Shown here: positions 1-10,727 of the stretch, piece after piece
Position numbering within the stretch: position 1 is the stretch's first letter
How the letters are laid out: each line of letters starts with the position of its first letter
Source: Macrostomum lignano
Lineage: Eukaryota
Direction of reading: 5' to 3'
DNA length: 64,000 nt
NCBI GenBank assembly: GCA_002269645.1
Contig: NIVC01002378.1
Coordinates: 62,001 to 126,000, forward strand
Notes under the pieces: generated by a model
The model's input: only the letters and a program-made list of their open reading frames with translations
What the model was told of the DNA's origin: nothing
Database searches by the model: none
Program-made: the position numbers and the translations under genes

Positions 1-3000
1 CCATTTCCAGATGCACAGCTCGCGTTGCCATGCACGTGAAGAGGGCGAGGTAACGCTTCTGTCTACTCTTTCCACGGCCTTGCTTAGTCAAAAATGGACC
101 TCCGAAATCCACCGACACACAGGAAAACGCTTTGAGAGGTTCCTTCAGACGACTCTCTGGTAATGGCGCCATCACCTGCGTCGCTGGCTTGGCCTTTCTA
201 CGCTTACATTCGAAGCACGAGTTTTCCCACTCTCGAATAGCTTCCCGAGCTCCAATGATCCAGAACCGACTTGAAAGATTCGCCAACGTTTGGTTGGTAC
301 CAGAATGATACGCCTGCTCATGATAGAACTTGACTATTCTCGTTACAGGATGTTGTCGCGGCAGGATTATTGGTACTCTAGCCCTAGCCGGCAAAAATTC
401 AGCAAACTGCAGTCGGCTATCTGCCCTCAGCACACCATCGGGGTCTATTCTGGGCTTTAGAGCACTCAACGGGCTATGGGCGGACAAGTGCCTGCCTTTC
501 TTTAACGTCTGAATTTCGTTACCAAATACTTCAGTTTGAGATTCCTTGATAAATCGGTTCTCAGCCTCTTCGATCTCCATCGGCAACAATTCACCTTGAA
601 CTCTGTTCTCTCTTGTTAGCGAACCGAGCCACCCAGGCTTGTATCCGGACGAGTCTCTTCCAACTAGAGAACCTGGCTGGGTTCAACCGGCTGACCGTCG
701 ACGGACGTTCCTCCTGGACGCTAACAAACGTGCTTCGATCACTCGCCCGCTTCTCTTCCAAACTTGTCGGCTTTTCCAGCACCTTCGCCGGCCAATCACT
801 CTCTTCCCGCTGCAGAAACCTTGGTCCATACCACCAGCTGTCAGTTTCCGTCAGTTGCTTCACTGAAGTCCCACGAGACAACGCGTCGGCTGGATTGACT
901 TCGGTCGGGACATATCTCCACTGATCTGGATCTGTAACGGACTGAATCTCTCCTATGCGATTCGCTACGAAAGGCTTGAAGAATCTTCCTTTTCCTCTCA
1001 CCCAGTACAGAACATTCATGCTATCCGACCAGAAGAGAAACGTTTGGATGTCTTTTTTCAGCACCGAAGCTATCTTGACGGCCAGTTGAGCCCCGAGAAC
1101 AGCTGCCATGAGCTCTAGGCGTGGGATGCTGACCGTGGCCACAGGTGCGACTCGAGACTTGGCTGCTATCAACCGGACTGACTTCACCGTGCCGTGGTCG
1201 ACGTTTCTTAAGAAAGCGACAGCACCGTATGCCTTTTCAGACGCGTCCACAAAGACATGCACTGTGGATGTCATTCCCGAGGACGATTGCAGACAGCGGC
1301 TGACACAGACGTGTTCCAAGTCTCGCAGCTCCTCACACCATTTCTTAATCTTCGTCTGTAGCTCAGGCTCCGGCTCTTCATCCCAGTCTTAACCGCCGCA
1401 CCAAAGATCTTGCAGCAGTATCTTCGCTTCAACCGTGACTGGTGCGATGAAGCCTAGCGGATCAAACACGGACGCCAGAGTCTTGAGCAGCTCTCGTTTC
1501 GTAGTCGTCACTTTTCGCACCTGGTCTGACTTAAAAGTGAACTCGTCTTGTTCACTTTTCCATACTACACCCAGCGTCTTGATGGATGGCATCGGTGTCC
1601 CTTCCAACGTTACTTCGGCTACTCGATCTTCTGGTGGCACTTTGCTCAACAATTCTCGCGAATTGGACATCCATTTTCTGGGGTGCATGCCTGCACGCTC
1701 CCAGAGAGTCTTCAACTCTTGAAACAGCTGGATCGCCTCAGCCTCTGACCCGACCGAATCTAAACAATCGTCCATATAGGTGGAGTTGAGAACAGTGTCT
1801 GCAGCTAATGGCAGCTCTTCTTTCAGGCGTTCCGCATGCTCACGAACTACGAACTGAGCAAGAAACAGCGAGCTCGAGTTGCCGAAAACGATGCGGTTGA
1901 ACTCAAAAATTTGCACCGGCTTGTTGGAGTCCATATCACGCCACAGAAAGCTATGCGTCGGTCTGTCCTCCGGTGCCATTTCGATCTGGAGGTACATCTC
2001 GGAGATGTCACAAGCCACAGCCACCGCATCTCTCCTGAAGCGAAGCAGAACGTCAAACAATTCTCGCTGAAGCTTCGGCCCTGGGAAGACCAGAGAGTTT
2101 AACGACTTTTCGTTTCCGCCCGCCGAGGCATCGAAGACGATCCGAACCTTTGTCGTCAGCTTGTCGAATCGAATAATCGGGAAATGCGGTAGAAAACACC
2201 TTCTGGCCGAGAACTCTTCTACTGCAACGCGCCGGATGTAGCCTAGCTGCTCATATCGCTCTATACATGCTTGGTATTGCTTTGCCACCTCCAGATCCTT
2301 CTTCAACCGGGTCTCCGTGTTGCAAAGCCGTTTGATCGCCATCTCATAGTTATTCGAGCGAACTTTCGCCTCTGGCTTCCACGGAATTCCCACCTGGTAT
2401 CGGCCGTTTGTTAGCTTTAATGAAGACTTGGCTTGCTCATCCGCTGTCCAATTTTGATCTTGAGCTGGCCGGATTTCTTCGACCTCCCAGAACTTGCGCA
2501 GCACTGGTGACAGCATCTCCTCGCTGGTGACACAGAAAAAGGTGCTGGCCAAGTTTGTCTGATGCTGAATCTGTTCTACTGGACCCACACCTGTCCATCC
2601 AAGGGGAGTCAAACGTGCCTGTGGCTCCCCAGGGCCACCGCGAACTTCTCGGTAGGACACGTGTAACTCCGCATGATCCACTCCTATCAGCAGGTCTATG
2701 AGATGCGGTGCATGGAGCTGAGGAAATGGAATGCGCTCCAGATGTTTCCAATCTGCTGCCGTCGTCTGCCAATCCGTAGCCTTCAACTTCCCGGTGACGC
2801 TGTCTGTCGTGAATGCCGTGATCGGACGACTCAGACTTCCATCTATACTTTCGAGCGTCATCGTAACCGGAGCTGTCAAGAATGTCTCTGTCTGTCCGTT
2901 CAAAACGTTTACTTTCACTTGCTCCACATTGCCCTCCAGTCCCAGAGCTTCAGCAATCTCCGCATTCACATACGTCCTTGTACTCGCGTCGTCCAACAGT

Positions 3001-3131
3001 GCGTTCACCTTCACTACACGGCCGCCTGCCTTGAGAACTACTGGAACTGTTCGCAGCGACGTTGCACTTCCACTTCCTGCCATCATAGTTACGGCGGCTC
3101 CTTTGCGACCCGACTCAGCGCTCTTTTTGCC
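1..3131 (-). pseudogene. pol: BEL/Pao Pol (PR-RT-RNaseH-IN), interrupted
   Basis: In frame with gag across TGA at 3132-3134. TAA at 1389-1391 falls inside the conserved LWxxGxDWD motif and the frame continues into 591-1319. A frameshift precedes the integrase. Confidence 0.9.
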
Positions 3132-4805
3132 TCATTCGGCCGGAGAATTCTTCTTCGACTCAGTTTTTGCAGCCTCGTCTGAGTGCAGCAAGCGGTGGTG
3201 AAACTTGTTGCATTCACCTATTCCACATCGGCGTCCATGACGGCATATCCGAGCAGCATGACCGCGAGCTAAGCAGCAAAAGCATGATTTCGAATCTTGC
3301 GCAGCCTTCCACCGATTTTCAATTGACAGCTGTCTAAATGTTGGACACTTCCACAGCTCATGTTGATCTTGACACAGCATACAAGATTTTGACGGAGACG
3401 CTTGTCGATAATCTGCAAGAAACGTTTTGGACCGCGTCTCCTTCTTAACCTTCTCTTCACTCGTCACACCGTGCACAATCTCCATGGCTTCTGTCTGGAA
3501 AGCGGCCTCCATCAGCACCCACTCACGTAACATCTTTACGCTCTCTTGCCTATGTCCTTCGAATAGCCAACGCCGGTAACGCGCCACCATCTGCTCAGGG
3601 AGCTTCTTCTGCAACTTTGCGTACAACAACCCGTCAGTCAATTCTGAGACCTTACCAGACTCTTCGAGATTTACAACTGCGACATCTAACAGATTAGAGA
3701 ATTGCTTAAGCTCTTTTGCATTGATGGAGCGGATGGGTGGAAAGTTATCGAGCTCTTCAAGATACAGAGCGATACATCGGCGGCTGCCCCCAAATTCGCG
3801 TTCCAATCTGTCTTTGGCAGCCTCGTAAGCAGCGGCAGAGTGACCCAGATGTTCGACTAATTTCAAAGCTGGCCCTTGAAGATATTGACGAAGTTGAAGC
3901 AATTTGAACTCCGGCGTGGCAGGAGCTTTATCAATACAAGCAGTAAAGGCGGCTTTCCAAGATTCGTACTGCTGCTTTTCGCCGCCGAACTTTGGGATCT
4001 CTACACGCCGAAGCATCTTCCAAAGATCCTTTGCTAACTCGGCTTCACCGCTGCTAGTCTGAGAATGGCCCGCCTCACTTACAGAGTCATCAATACTACT
4101 GGCACTCACAACCGGCATTGCCGTAGCCGCAGTCGCCGCCGTCGTCGCCGTCGTTGCAGTCGTCGCAGTCGCGGCAGTTGCAGCAGTCGCGGCAGTCACC
4201 GCAGTCGCCGCAGTCGTCGCCGTCGTTGCAGTCGTCGCAGTCGCGGCAGTTGTGGCAGTTGTGGCAGTTGCGGCAGTCGCGGCAGTTACGGCAGTCGTGG
4301 CAGTCGCCGCAGTCGCCGCAGTCGCCGCAGTTGCGGCAGTCACCGCAGTCGCCGCAGTTGCGGCAGTCACCGCAGTCGCCGCAGTTGCGGCAGTCGCCGC
4401 AGGCGCAGCAGTCACGGCAGTCTGATGAGCAGTGATGAACTGAGTGACACATTTCATAGTGTCTTGAAACTGCTGCTCCACTTGATCCAGCTCGTCCAGA
4501 AGTTTGTCTCGAGCTTCTTCTGTGGCTTCTTGCTGAAGGAGCTCATCATAGAATTCGTCAAGCAGCTTCACGCACTCTTCGTGTGCTGCAGTGGCTGCAT
4601 CGCACGCTTGCTGGATCGCTTCATGATCGGTGTCGCTTTGTAGCAACAGTACCAGACGGTTTCGACTCCTAGTTCCTGCAGACTTCGTTCTTGCCTTCAC
4701 TCGTCGAAACTGTTCGATGCGAAGCCGCTCCTCAGTGCTGATCTCTTTTTCTTCTTTATCTTCTGAGCAGCCAGTCTGCTGCTGATTCGATTCGTGGCTG
4801 GCCAT
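3132..4805 (-). CDS. gag: BEL/Pao Gag (557 aa) with in-frame Thr-Ala-Ala repeat expansion
   Basis: ORF track; coiled-coil N-terminus, DUF1759-like core, three Cys/His knuckles. Confidence 0.9.
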   Translation of the reverse strand: MASHESNQQQTGCSEDKEEKEISTEERLRIEQFRRVKARTKSAGTRSRNRLVLLLQSDTDHEAIQQACDAATAAHEECVKLLDEFYDELLQQEATEEARDKLLDELDQVEQQFQDTMKCVTQFITAHQTAVTAAPAATAATAATAVTAATAATAVTAATAATAATAATATTAVTAATAATATTATTAATATTATTATTAATAVTAATAATAATATTATTATTAATAATAMPVVSASSIDDSVSEAGHSQTSSGEAELAKDLWKMLRRVEIPKFGGEKQQYESWKAAFTACIDKAPATPEFKLLQLRQYLQGPALKLVEHLGHSAAAYEAAKDRLEREFGGSRRCIALYLEELDNFPPIRSINAKELKQFSNLLDVAVVNLEESGKVSELTDGLLYAKLQKKLPEQMVARYRRWLFEGHRQESVKMLREWVLMEAAFQTEAMEIVHGVTSEEKVKKETRSKTFLADYRQASPSKSCMLCQDQHELWKCPTFRQLSIENRWKAAQDSKSCFCCLARGHAARICRHGRRCGIGECNKFHHRLLHSDEAAKTESKKNSPAE

Positions 4806-4812
4806 TTACCTG

Positions 4813-4830
4813 AACCACGCTCTGCTACCA
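4813..4830 (-). promoter_or_regulatory. Primer-binding site complementary to the initiator tRNA-Met 3' end
   Basis: Minus strand TGGTAGCAGAGCGTGGTT, 4 nt after an LTR-like ...CA end at 4835. TGGTAGCAGAG is the complement of the tRNA-iMet acceptor end. Confidence 0.85.
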
Positions 4831-4834
4831 AAAA

Positions 4835-5170
4835 TGTTAACAAGAGATTCTTAAGAACTGAGAACTCAGCACTTGGCGGCTAGCCTCGCAATTGACAATC
4901 GTAGCAGAACAAAATCACCAAGGGGGGTTTCGCGCAGTCTACTCTTGAGCTAGGTATATTTATTCTCAATATAATATATGGCGGAGTTGACACAGGCTTT
5001 AGCGGGGGGGGGGTTGTAAGTGTGCATGACTTACTATGTACTCGTACGTTTAACCAAATCAGAATGGGGGGGGGGTGAGAAAGTGGCGTGAGGCGCGGAG
5101 GGGGGCAGGTAAATTAGCTAGGCAAATGATGAGTAATAGTACAGAAGTACAATGAAATAAGCAAAACCTT
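4835..5170 (-). repeat. 5' LTR of the BEL element; outer boundary approximate
   Basis: Ends in CA next to the PBS; contains a minus-strand AATAAA near 4957. The 3' LTR is outside the window, so the outer edge cannot be fixed. Confidence 0.55.
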
Positions 5171-5693
5171 TACTCTTCAATCCAGAGGCACCTACTCACC
5201 CCAGGCCCAATTTCTGCAGCAATCTTGAATTTGTTGAGGCGTCTTTGGCAACTTGAGCAGTCAGTTTCTTGTCGGTTCATAGGCTTAAGAGCTTCTTTTC
5301 TAACCTCAGCTCGTCCGCTTGCAGTTTCTCCTTGGTCTTCTTGGTCACCATGGGTGCCAAAAAGCAAAGTAGGATACAGCTCATAGATGCACTTTCAGCT
5401 CAGTCTTTAAATCTTTGACCTGGGGCTTGTAAACGGCCTCTTTTCCGGTGGTTGTCCGGATTTTGTTTCTTGATCAAGATGTTTCTCTGCACCTTTTGAT
5501 CTTCGGAATTTCATTATTTCAAATAAAGCAAGCTAAATTATTCAATAAAGTTCATGTCATTTGTTTAAGGGATGATTCAAATTAGTGTCTGGAGCTTGAG
5601 TTCTATTTTACGAGCGTACAATATCTTCAAATTGACTTTAAATGTAACTTTAATGTAACTTTAAATTGACTTAATTGACTTTAACAATAGAAC

Positions 5694-6046
5694 TATCAAG
5701 AGGGGAAAACATCCCACCCCTGACAATTGACGAAGGCAGAGCTGATGCAGACACATGTGGTCGACGTGCTGATGAAATTTGGAGACTTGGCAAGGCTGCA
5801 CTGAGGCGCAGTGCTGATTGGCGCACAGGGGTGTACTGAATACACTAGCGCTTGCGGAAAAAATCCGACCTTCTGGCAGAATCGTCGAATATCTCGACGG
5901 TCTGGAGGGCTGGCGACTTGATTCTTGTTTGAGAAGGTGGGCAACAAAAAGTTGGCCCGTGTTCTTGAATTTTGTGTGCCTGCGTTGCTCCGTTCCGGCG
6001 CAGCAAAAAAAATTGTCAAGGGGGGGGATATTCCCCCCTCTTGGTA
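5694..6046. mobile_element. Small non-autonomous element with imperfect ~34-bp terminal inverted repeats
   Basis: tatcaagaggggaaaacatcccacccctgacaat (5694-5727) is an imperfect reverse complement of attgtcaag-G-run-atattcccccctcttggta (6012-6046). No clear TSD. Confidence 0.5.
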
Positions 6047-7118
6047 TTCGTAGTTCGACGGGCGGAAAATGGCTTGGCATTCCTACTGTTAACCAATAAA
6101 GGAATCGTTTAATATCTTTTGCCGCTGTCATTCATTCTGTGGCTGTGCACGCACGGAACGAACATGCATTTAAATGCGACTTAGTGGATCCCCATCGATG
6201 ACATCAATACATTTCATAGTCCTTTTAAGCTATTTGTATTGTTTCAGAACTGGAGAGCAATTGGTCAAATGGCTAAACTTAAGTCTCAAGGAAATTCAAC
6301 AAAACGAATAAATTGTGGTAAATATGTGTGTAAATATGTGTATAGAATCTTTATCTGTGTGTATGTATTTCTGTGAAACTAAGGGTGCATGAAAGCGTAT
6401 ATATGAATATAGTCTATATAGATAGTCTAGTATCTGGAATAACGCATATAGAGTTATAAAGAAGTTCAGGAATACAGTCAAGCCGAAACTATTTATAAAT
6501 TCACAAATAAGAAACCAATCGTTACGCGGTTTGAAAAATGTTTTTAAAAAGTTAACTAAAGCTCTTAATAATTTTGCAAAATAAAATTTTAAAAATGTCA
6601 AACAAAGACAAAGATTAGCAACATTGGTAGCTAGTTTACGCATATGTAGAATATATTCTAGATAGTATGATACCTGGAATAAAGCATATAGAAGTACATG
6701 TACATGCATATAGAAGTGTAGGAATGTGTAAATATGTAACGTTTCTGATATTTTGAAACAACGAAACAAACAATTCTCAGAGTTCAAAAGGACACTCCAT
6801 AGCTATTATAAAACGTTTGTTAGACCTTAACGAAGAATATAGTAACAGACATTGTTAATAATTACGGGTGGCTATTTGAGTGCAGAACTAACAGCTACAG
6901 TTCTAATCTAATAAGTGTTTATTGTTCTCAAGTGTACTGTTTTTGTCGTATTGCTAGTACATTTAGTATGCTCTCGAGATACCGGATTTCTTCGACCGAA
7001 TTCATCTATAGCAAAACTCGGCCCATACAGCGCTTTGCATTACTGATTAGAGCATACTAAACTCGCTAGCGATGTAAACAATAAATCATTTCTCAGAAAA
7101 TCGAGTGTAACATACTTC

Positions 7119-8291
7119 TCAGTTGTCGTGCTGCTGGGCGCCAGTGGCGCTATCAGACTTGCCAGCAGTGGAGGTAGTCGGCATATTCTTCTGGCCGGTG
7201 GCCGCTGGTCGGTTCGACCCCAGCGGCGCCTGCTGGCGACTTGGACCATCGTCGCAACAGACGCCGACGCCCAGGAAAGCGGCGCGGAATTGTCCGCTTT
7301 TCCAGAGCAGCACGATCCAGTTCACCGACTGGTTGAACAGAATTAGAATCCGGCCAATGTCGATGAGGCCCCAGACCAGCTTCTTGGTGCTCGGATTGAT
7401 TTCTATGCTGGCCAAGGTCAGGATTAGATCAAAGACGATAGCCGCCACAGTAGGGCAGGAGCTGATGATGAGAATGGCGGACAGGGCCACGCAGATGACG
7501 GTGTTGGTCAGCTTGCCGTCACCCTGTCCAGCCCGGATCTCAGCTTGCTCCGACACGATGTGACGCATCTTGTGTATGAGAAACCCGTTAGCAATTAGGA
7601 TGATAAAGAACTGCACTGTAGGCGGGTACATCAGCAGCAGCATGTACGCGTAAAACGTAGTGTATTCCCAACCCTGCAGCAAAAAATAGCACACGGTGTA
7701 CTTTCCCATTTCGATCCAGTGAAAGTGAACGCCAACTGGGATTGCGGCAAGAGCGCAGAACAACGAAGCAATCAGGCATCCTAGAAGAGTGGTCTTGGCC
7801 TTCACTTGTTGAAGCCGAAACGGAAAGTAAACGCTCAGGCATCGGTCGATCACCATCATCAGGAACAGGATGCTGGACGTGAGGCTGAACAATGACTCCA
7901 AGTAGCGCATAACTCTGCAAGCGCCATTCGACTCATTCACGATGAAGAATCCGTACTTGGCCCCGCTGATCCACGGCAGACCCTTGGCTAAGAACATCCA
8001 CAAAAAGCCTGTCATGAACAGAATGCAGTTGTCCGAAAGAGCAATCGCTGAAAAGTACACTCCCTGACGCGTCAAGGGTCTCAGCTTCCACAGGTAGATG
8101 TAGGCCGTCAGGCTGTTGCCAAAGAAGCCGCCGGCCATGAAGATGGGCAGGACGATGCTGGCCATGGCTCCCAGGGCGGTGTTTATCCGGCAGAAGATCG
8201 CCCTGTCGGGGTCGCCGCTCCAGCAGTCCAGGAAGAGGAATTCCAGATTGTCGACGAATTGTCGCTCGCTTGAGGTGGTCTCGTTTGTCAT
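7119..8291 (-). CDS. Intronless class A (rhodopsin-like) GPCR, probable peptide receptor, ~390 aa
   Basis: Seven hydrophobic segments: TM1 GNSLT, TM2 AIALSD, Cys at the start of TM3, DRC in place of DRY, TM7 NQSVN. N-terminal NET sequon after the ATG at 8291; the ORF track starts at an upstream ATG at 8375. Confidence 0.92.
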   Translation of the reverse strand: MTNETTSSERQFVDNLEFLFLDCWSGDPDRAIFCRINTALGAMASIVLPIFMAGGFFGNSLTAYIYLWKLRPLTRQGVYFSAIALSDNCILFMTGFLWMFLAKGLPWISGAKYGFFIVNESNGACRVMRYLESLFSLTSSILFLMMVIDRCLSVYFPFRLQQVKAKTTLLGCLIASLFCALAAIPVGVHFHWIEMGKYTVCYFLLQGWEYTTFYAYMLLLMYPPTVQFFIILIANGFLIHKMRHIVSEQAEIRAGQGDGKLTNTVICVALSAILIISSCPTVAAIVFDLILTLASIEINPSTKKLVWGLIDIGRILILFNQSVNWIVLLWKSGQFRAAFLGVGVCCDDGPSRQQAPLGSNRPAATGQKNMPTTSTAGKSDSATGAQQHDN

Positions 8292-8849
8292 ACCGAACGT
8301 TATTGTCTGAGGAGTGTTTATAAGGTAAGTGTTTAAGTTGCTGAGGCAGCTGTTTACTGGCACCTTGCAATACATGTAGTTTATTTATTACCTGCCTGTC
8401 GCCGCTCCCCTTGCCACTTGTCCAATCAGAAGATTAGCGGAGGGATTAGGGATTTGCGCAATTTGATTCCATCGAATCTGCATGCTTGCGGATTTTTCTT
8501 TGCAGATTAAAAATGTGGCCTTGTTGAAGAGTTTTGTCTGAAGAAAAAGCCTTGCTTTTGGCGGCTTCATGGCCGCTTTCCACCTTGAAATTGTTTATAT
8601 GTTCAGGTGACGTTTGCGTCGAGTTGCAACAAAAGTCGTGATCGGTTTCGGATTGAAATTTGGCTCGTAATTTGTCTGCCTACTTTGAGAAAAGCTCTTT
8701 CTAAAACGATTCATCAACTTTTAAATCGGGGTTGCTCTCATTCCATAAATTCCTGTTTCCAAGTGCTTTCGAGTTCTTTTATAAAAATGCCGATGGCCTA
8801 CGAGGTTACCTGCGTTGCTGCATAGATGATACGCCCATACATCCGTCAA

Positions 8850-9426
8850 GAGTCACTGACTGTCTGAGCAGTTTCCCATTGAGTCACTGACTGTCTGAGC
8901 AGTTCCCCATTGAGTCACTGACTGTCTGAGCAGTTCCCCATTGAGTCACTGACTGTCTGAGCAGTTCCCCATTGAGTCACTGACTGTCTGAGCAGTTCCC
9001 CATTGAGTCACTGACTGTCTGAGCAGTTCCCCATTGAGTCACTGACTATCTGAGCAGTTCCCCATTGAGTCACTGACTATCTGAGCAGTTTCCCATTGAG
9101 TCACTGACTGTCTGAGCAGTTCCCCATTGAGTCACTGACTGTCTGAGCAGTTCCCCATTGAGTCACTGACTGTCTGAGCAGTTCCCCATTGAGTCACTGA
9201 CTGTCTGAGCAGTTCCCCATTGAGTCACTGACTGTCTGAGCAGTTCCCCATTGAGTCACTGACTGTCTGAGCAGTTCCCCATTGAGTCACTGACTATCTG
9301 AGCAGTTCCCCATTGAGTCACTGACTATCTGAGCAGTTTCCCATTGAGTCACTGACTGTCTGAGCAGTTTCCCATTGAGTCACTGACTATCTGAGCAGTT
9401 CTCCATTGAGTCACTGACTATCTGAG
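8850..9426. repeat. 31-bp minisatellite, ~18 copies
   Basis: Unit gagtcactgactgtctgagcagttccccatt; successive units start at 8850, 8881, 8912. Confidence 0.97.
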
Positions 9427-9739
9427 TTTATCAGAGAAATAGCAATCAAAGCTTTGTAGTGCGTTGTACGAGTGTAGAAGTTGGACTCTCATAGCCGTAT
9501 ATTTGAGCATATATAGATTTGGTATATATAGTAGTGAACGCAGCGTGAGCAAACGTTACAGCGAGAGCAAAGATGAGAGATCAGACAGTATATAGTACAG
9601 CTACTCAGCCATTTCATGATTGATGAATTATGATTGACGATTGGTGCTAAATGACTCAGCATCCTATATACTAAAAATTTTTACAACTAAATTTAGACGT
9701 ATATTTATTATAAGGCACAAATATGTACTAAAACATAGT

Positions 9740-10660
9740 TCAACTGAGTTCTTGAGTTGACTGCATGACCAGCTTGTGCAGCCAGTCAATCATCAGGTAG
9801 TCTCGCAGATAGCGACGCTCACGGAGCTCGTGCGGCACCGGCGGCAGCAGACCGTCTGGCAGCCGGGCGCTCTGTGAGGCGGCTGCAGCGTCATTGAAGA
9901 GGCTCTCTACGTAGTCGAAGGCCTGTGCCAAATTCTGTCTGATGGATCGCAGCTGGTTTAGCCACCTGGCAAATATGGCGAAAGTGATTTTATACAGCAG
10001 ATTATTCACCTGTAGCACCTGAAGTGTTCTAACTCTGATCTATTAAAGAGATTGCAGCTACAGGGGTTAGTGAGAGAAGTTTTATAATTAGATTTGAGCT
10101 TTCTGAATAAATTATGTGACAGTTTTCTAAAGCCAAATAGTGACTGGAACTTGGCTGAAGCAATAGTTTCCCTAAAGCAGTTACAGTTTCCCTAAAGCAG
10201 TTACAGTTTCCCTGAAGCAATTACAGTTTTTCTGAAGCAATTGCAGTTTCCCTGATGCAATTACAGTTTTTCTGAAGCAACATAGCAACTTGCACTTTCC
10301 AGAATGGAGCTCAGCGAATAACAGAAAACGGGAGCTGAAGACTCACCAAGTCTCATGCGGCTCCTCCTGACTCTCCAGACGCCGAACAATGAGCAGAACT
10401 CGATGCAGCTGAGCATGCCGGCTGGCACCAGACGGCAGCAGTTCGGAGAAGTCCATCAGAGACTTACTGATGGACTTGTTCAGCAGGCGAACCAATCTGA
10501 TGCTCTCGCCGTAGGCTTGCAACCCATCCGCAGCGTGAGTCAGGTGCTTCTTTGCCAGCTCCAAGTTTCTCTCTGTCGGTTTTGCGCGGCCAACAGGTTG
10601 AGCAGAGGCAAGCGAGACGGCGAGGCAGAGGACAGCAAAGAACTTTTCTTTGGAAAGCAT
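9740..10660 (-). CDS. Two-exon secreted 179-aa helical protein, CNTF/IL-6-family cytokine-like
   Basis: Exon 1 10660-10347 (signal peptide MLSKEKFFAVLCLAVSLASA; donor TG|gtgagt). Exon 2 9965-9740 (acceptor tttgccag|G). 314+226=540 nt, open frame. AATAAA 31 nt after the stop. The cytokine assignment rests on motif resemblance only. Confidence 0.75.
10158..10281. repeat. 20-bp tandem repeat, ~6 copies, in the intron of the secreted-protein gene
   Basis: Unit approximately aagcagttacagtttccct(a/g). Confidence 0.8.
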
Positions 10661-10727
10661 TGTTTCAATATTAATGCTTGCTTGAATTACTTTCTGCTTC
10701 TAGAGGAGGAGTTTTAATTGCTTGATT

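Larger units (their letters stand above)
1..4805 (-). mobile_element. BEL/Pao LTR retrotransposon, internal gag-pol region, disabled by two in-frame stops and one frameshift; runs off the left edge
   Basis: Gag 3132-4805 has a DUF1759-type motif (IPKFGGEKQQYESWKAAF) and BEL Cys knuckles (CMLCQDQHELWKC, CFCCLARGHAARIC, CGIGECNKFHHRLLH). Pol 1389-3086 has protease (ALLDDAS) and RT (YMDD). 591-1319 has Pao RNase H (VFVDASEKAYGAV). After a frameshift near 600-620, hand translation gives integrase HHCC (HEQAYH...CFEC) and the core VDFGGPF...FTCMATRAVHLEM. The domain order PR-RT-RH-IN fits BEL/Pao. Confidence 0.95.

Noticed and set aside
4065-4643. Alternative-frame ORFs rich in Arg/Ser, Cys/Asp or Gln/Ser over the gag repeat
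   Set aside because: They are shadows of the 9-bp repeat in other frames and strands.
5199-5510. Possible minus-strand host exon ending at a gtgagt donor near 5198
   Set aside because: No convincing acceptor, partner exon or recognisable protein motif.
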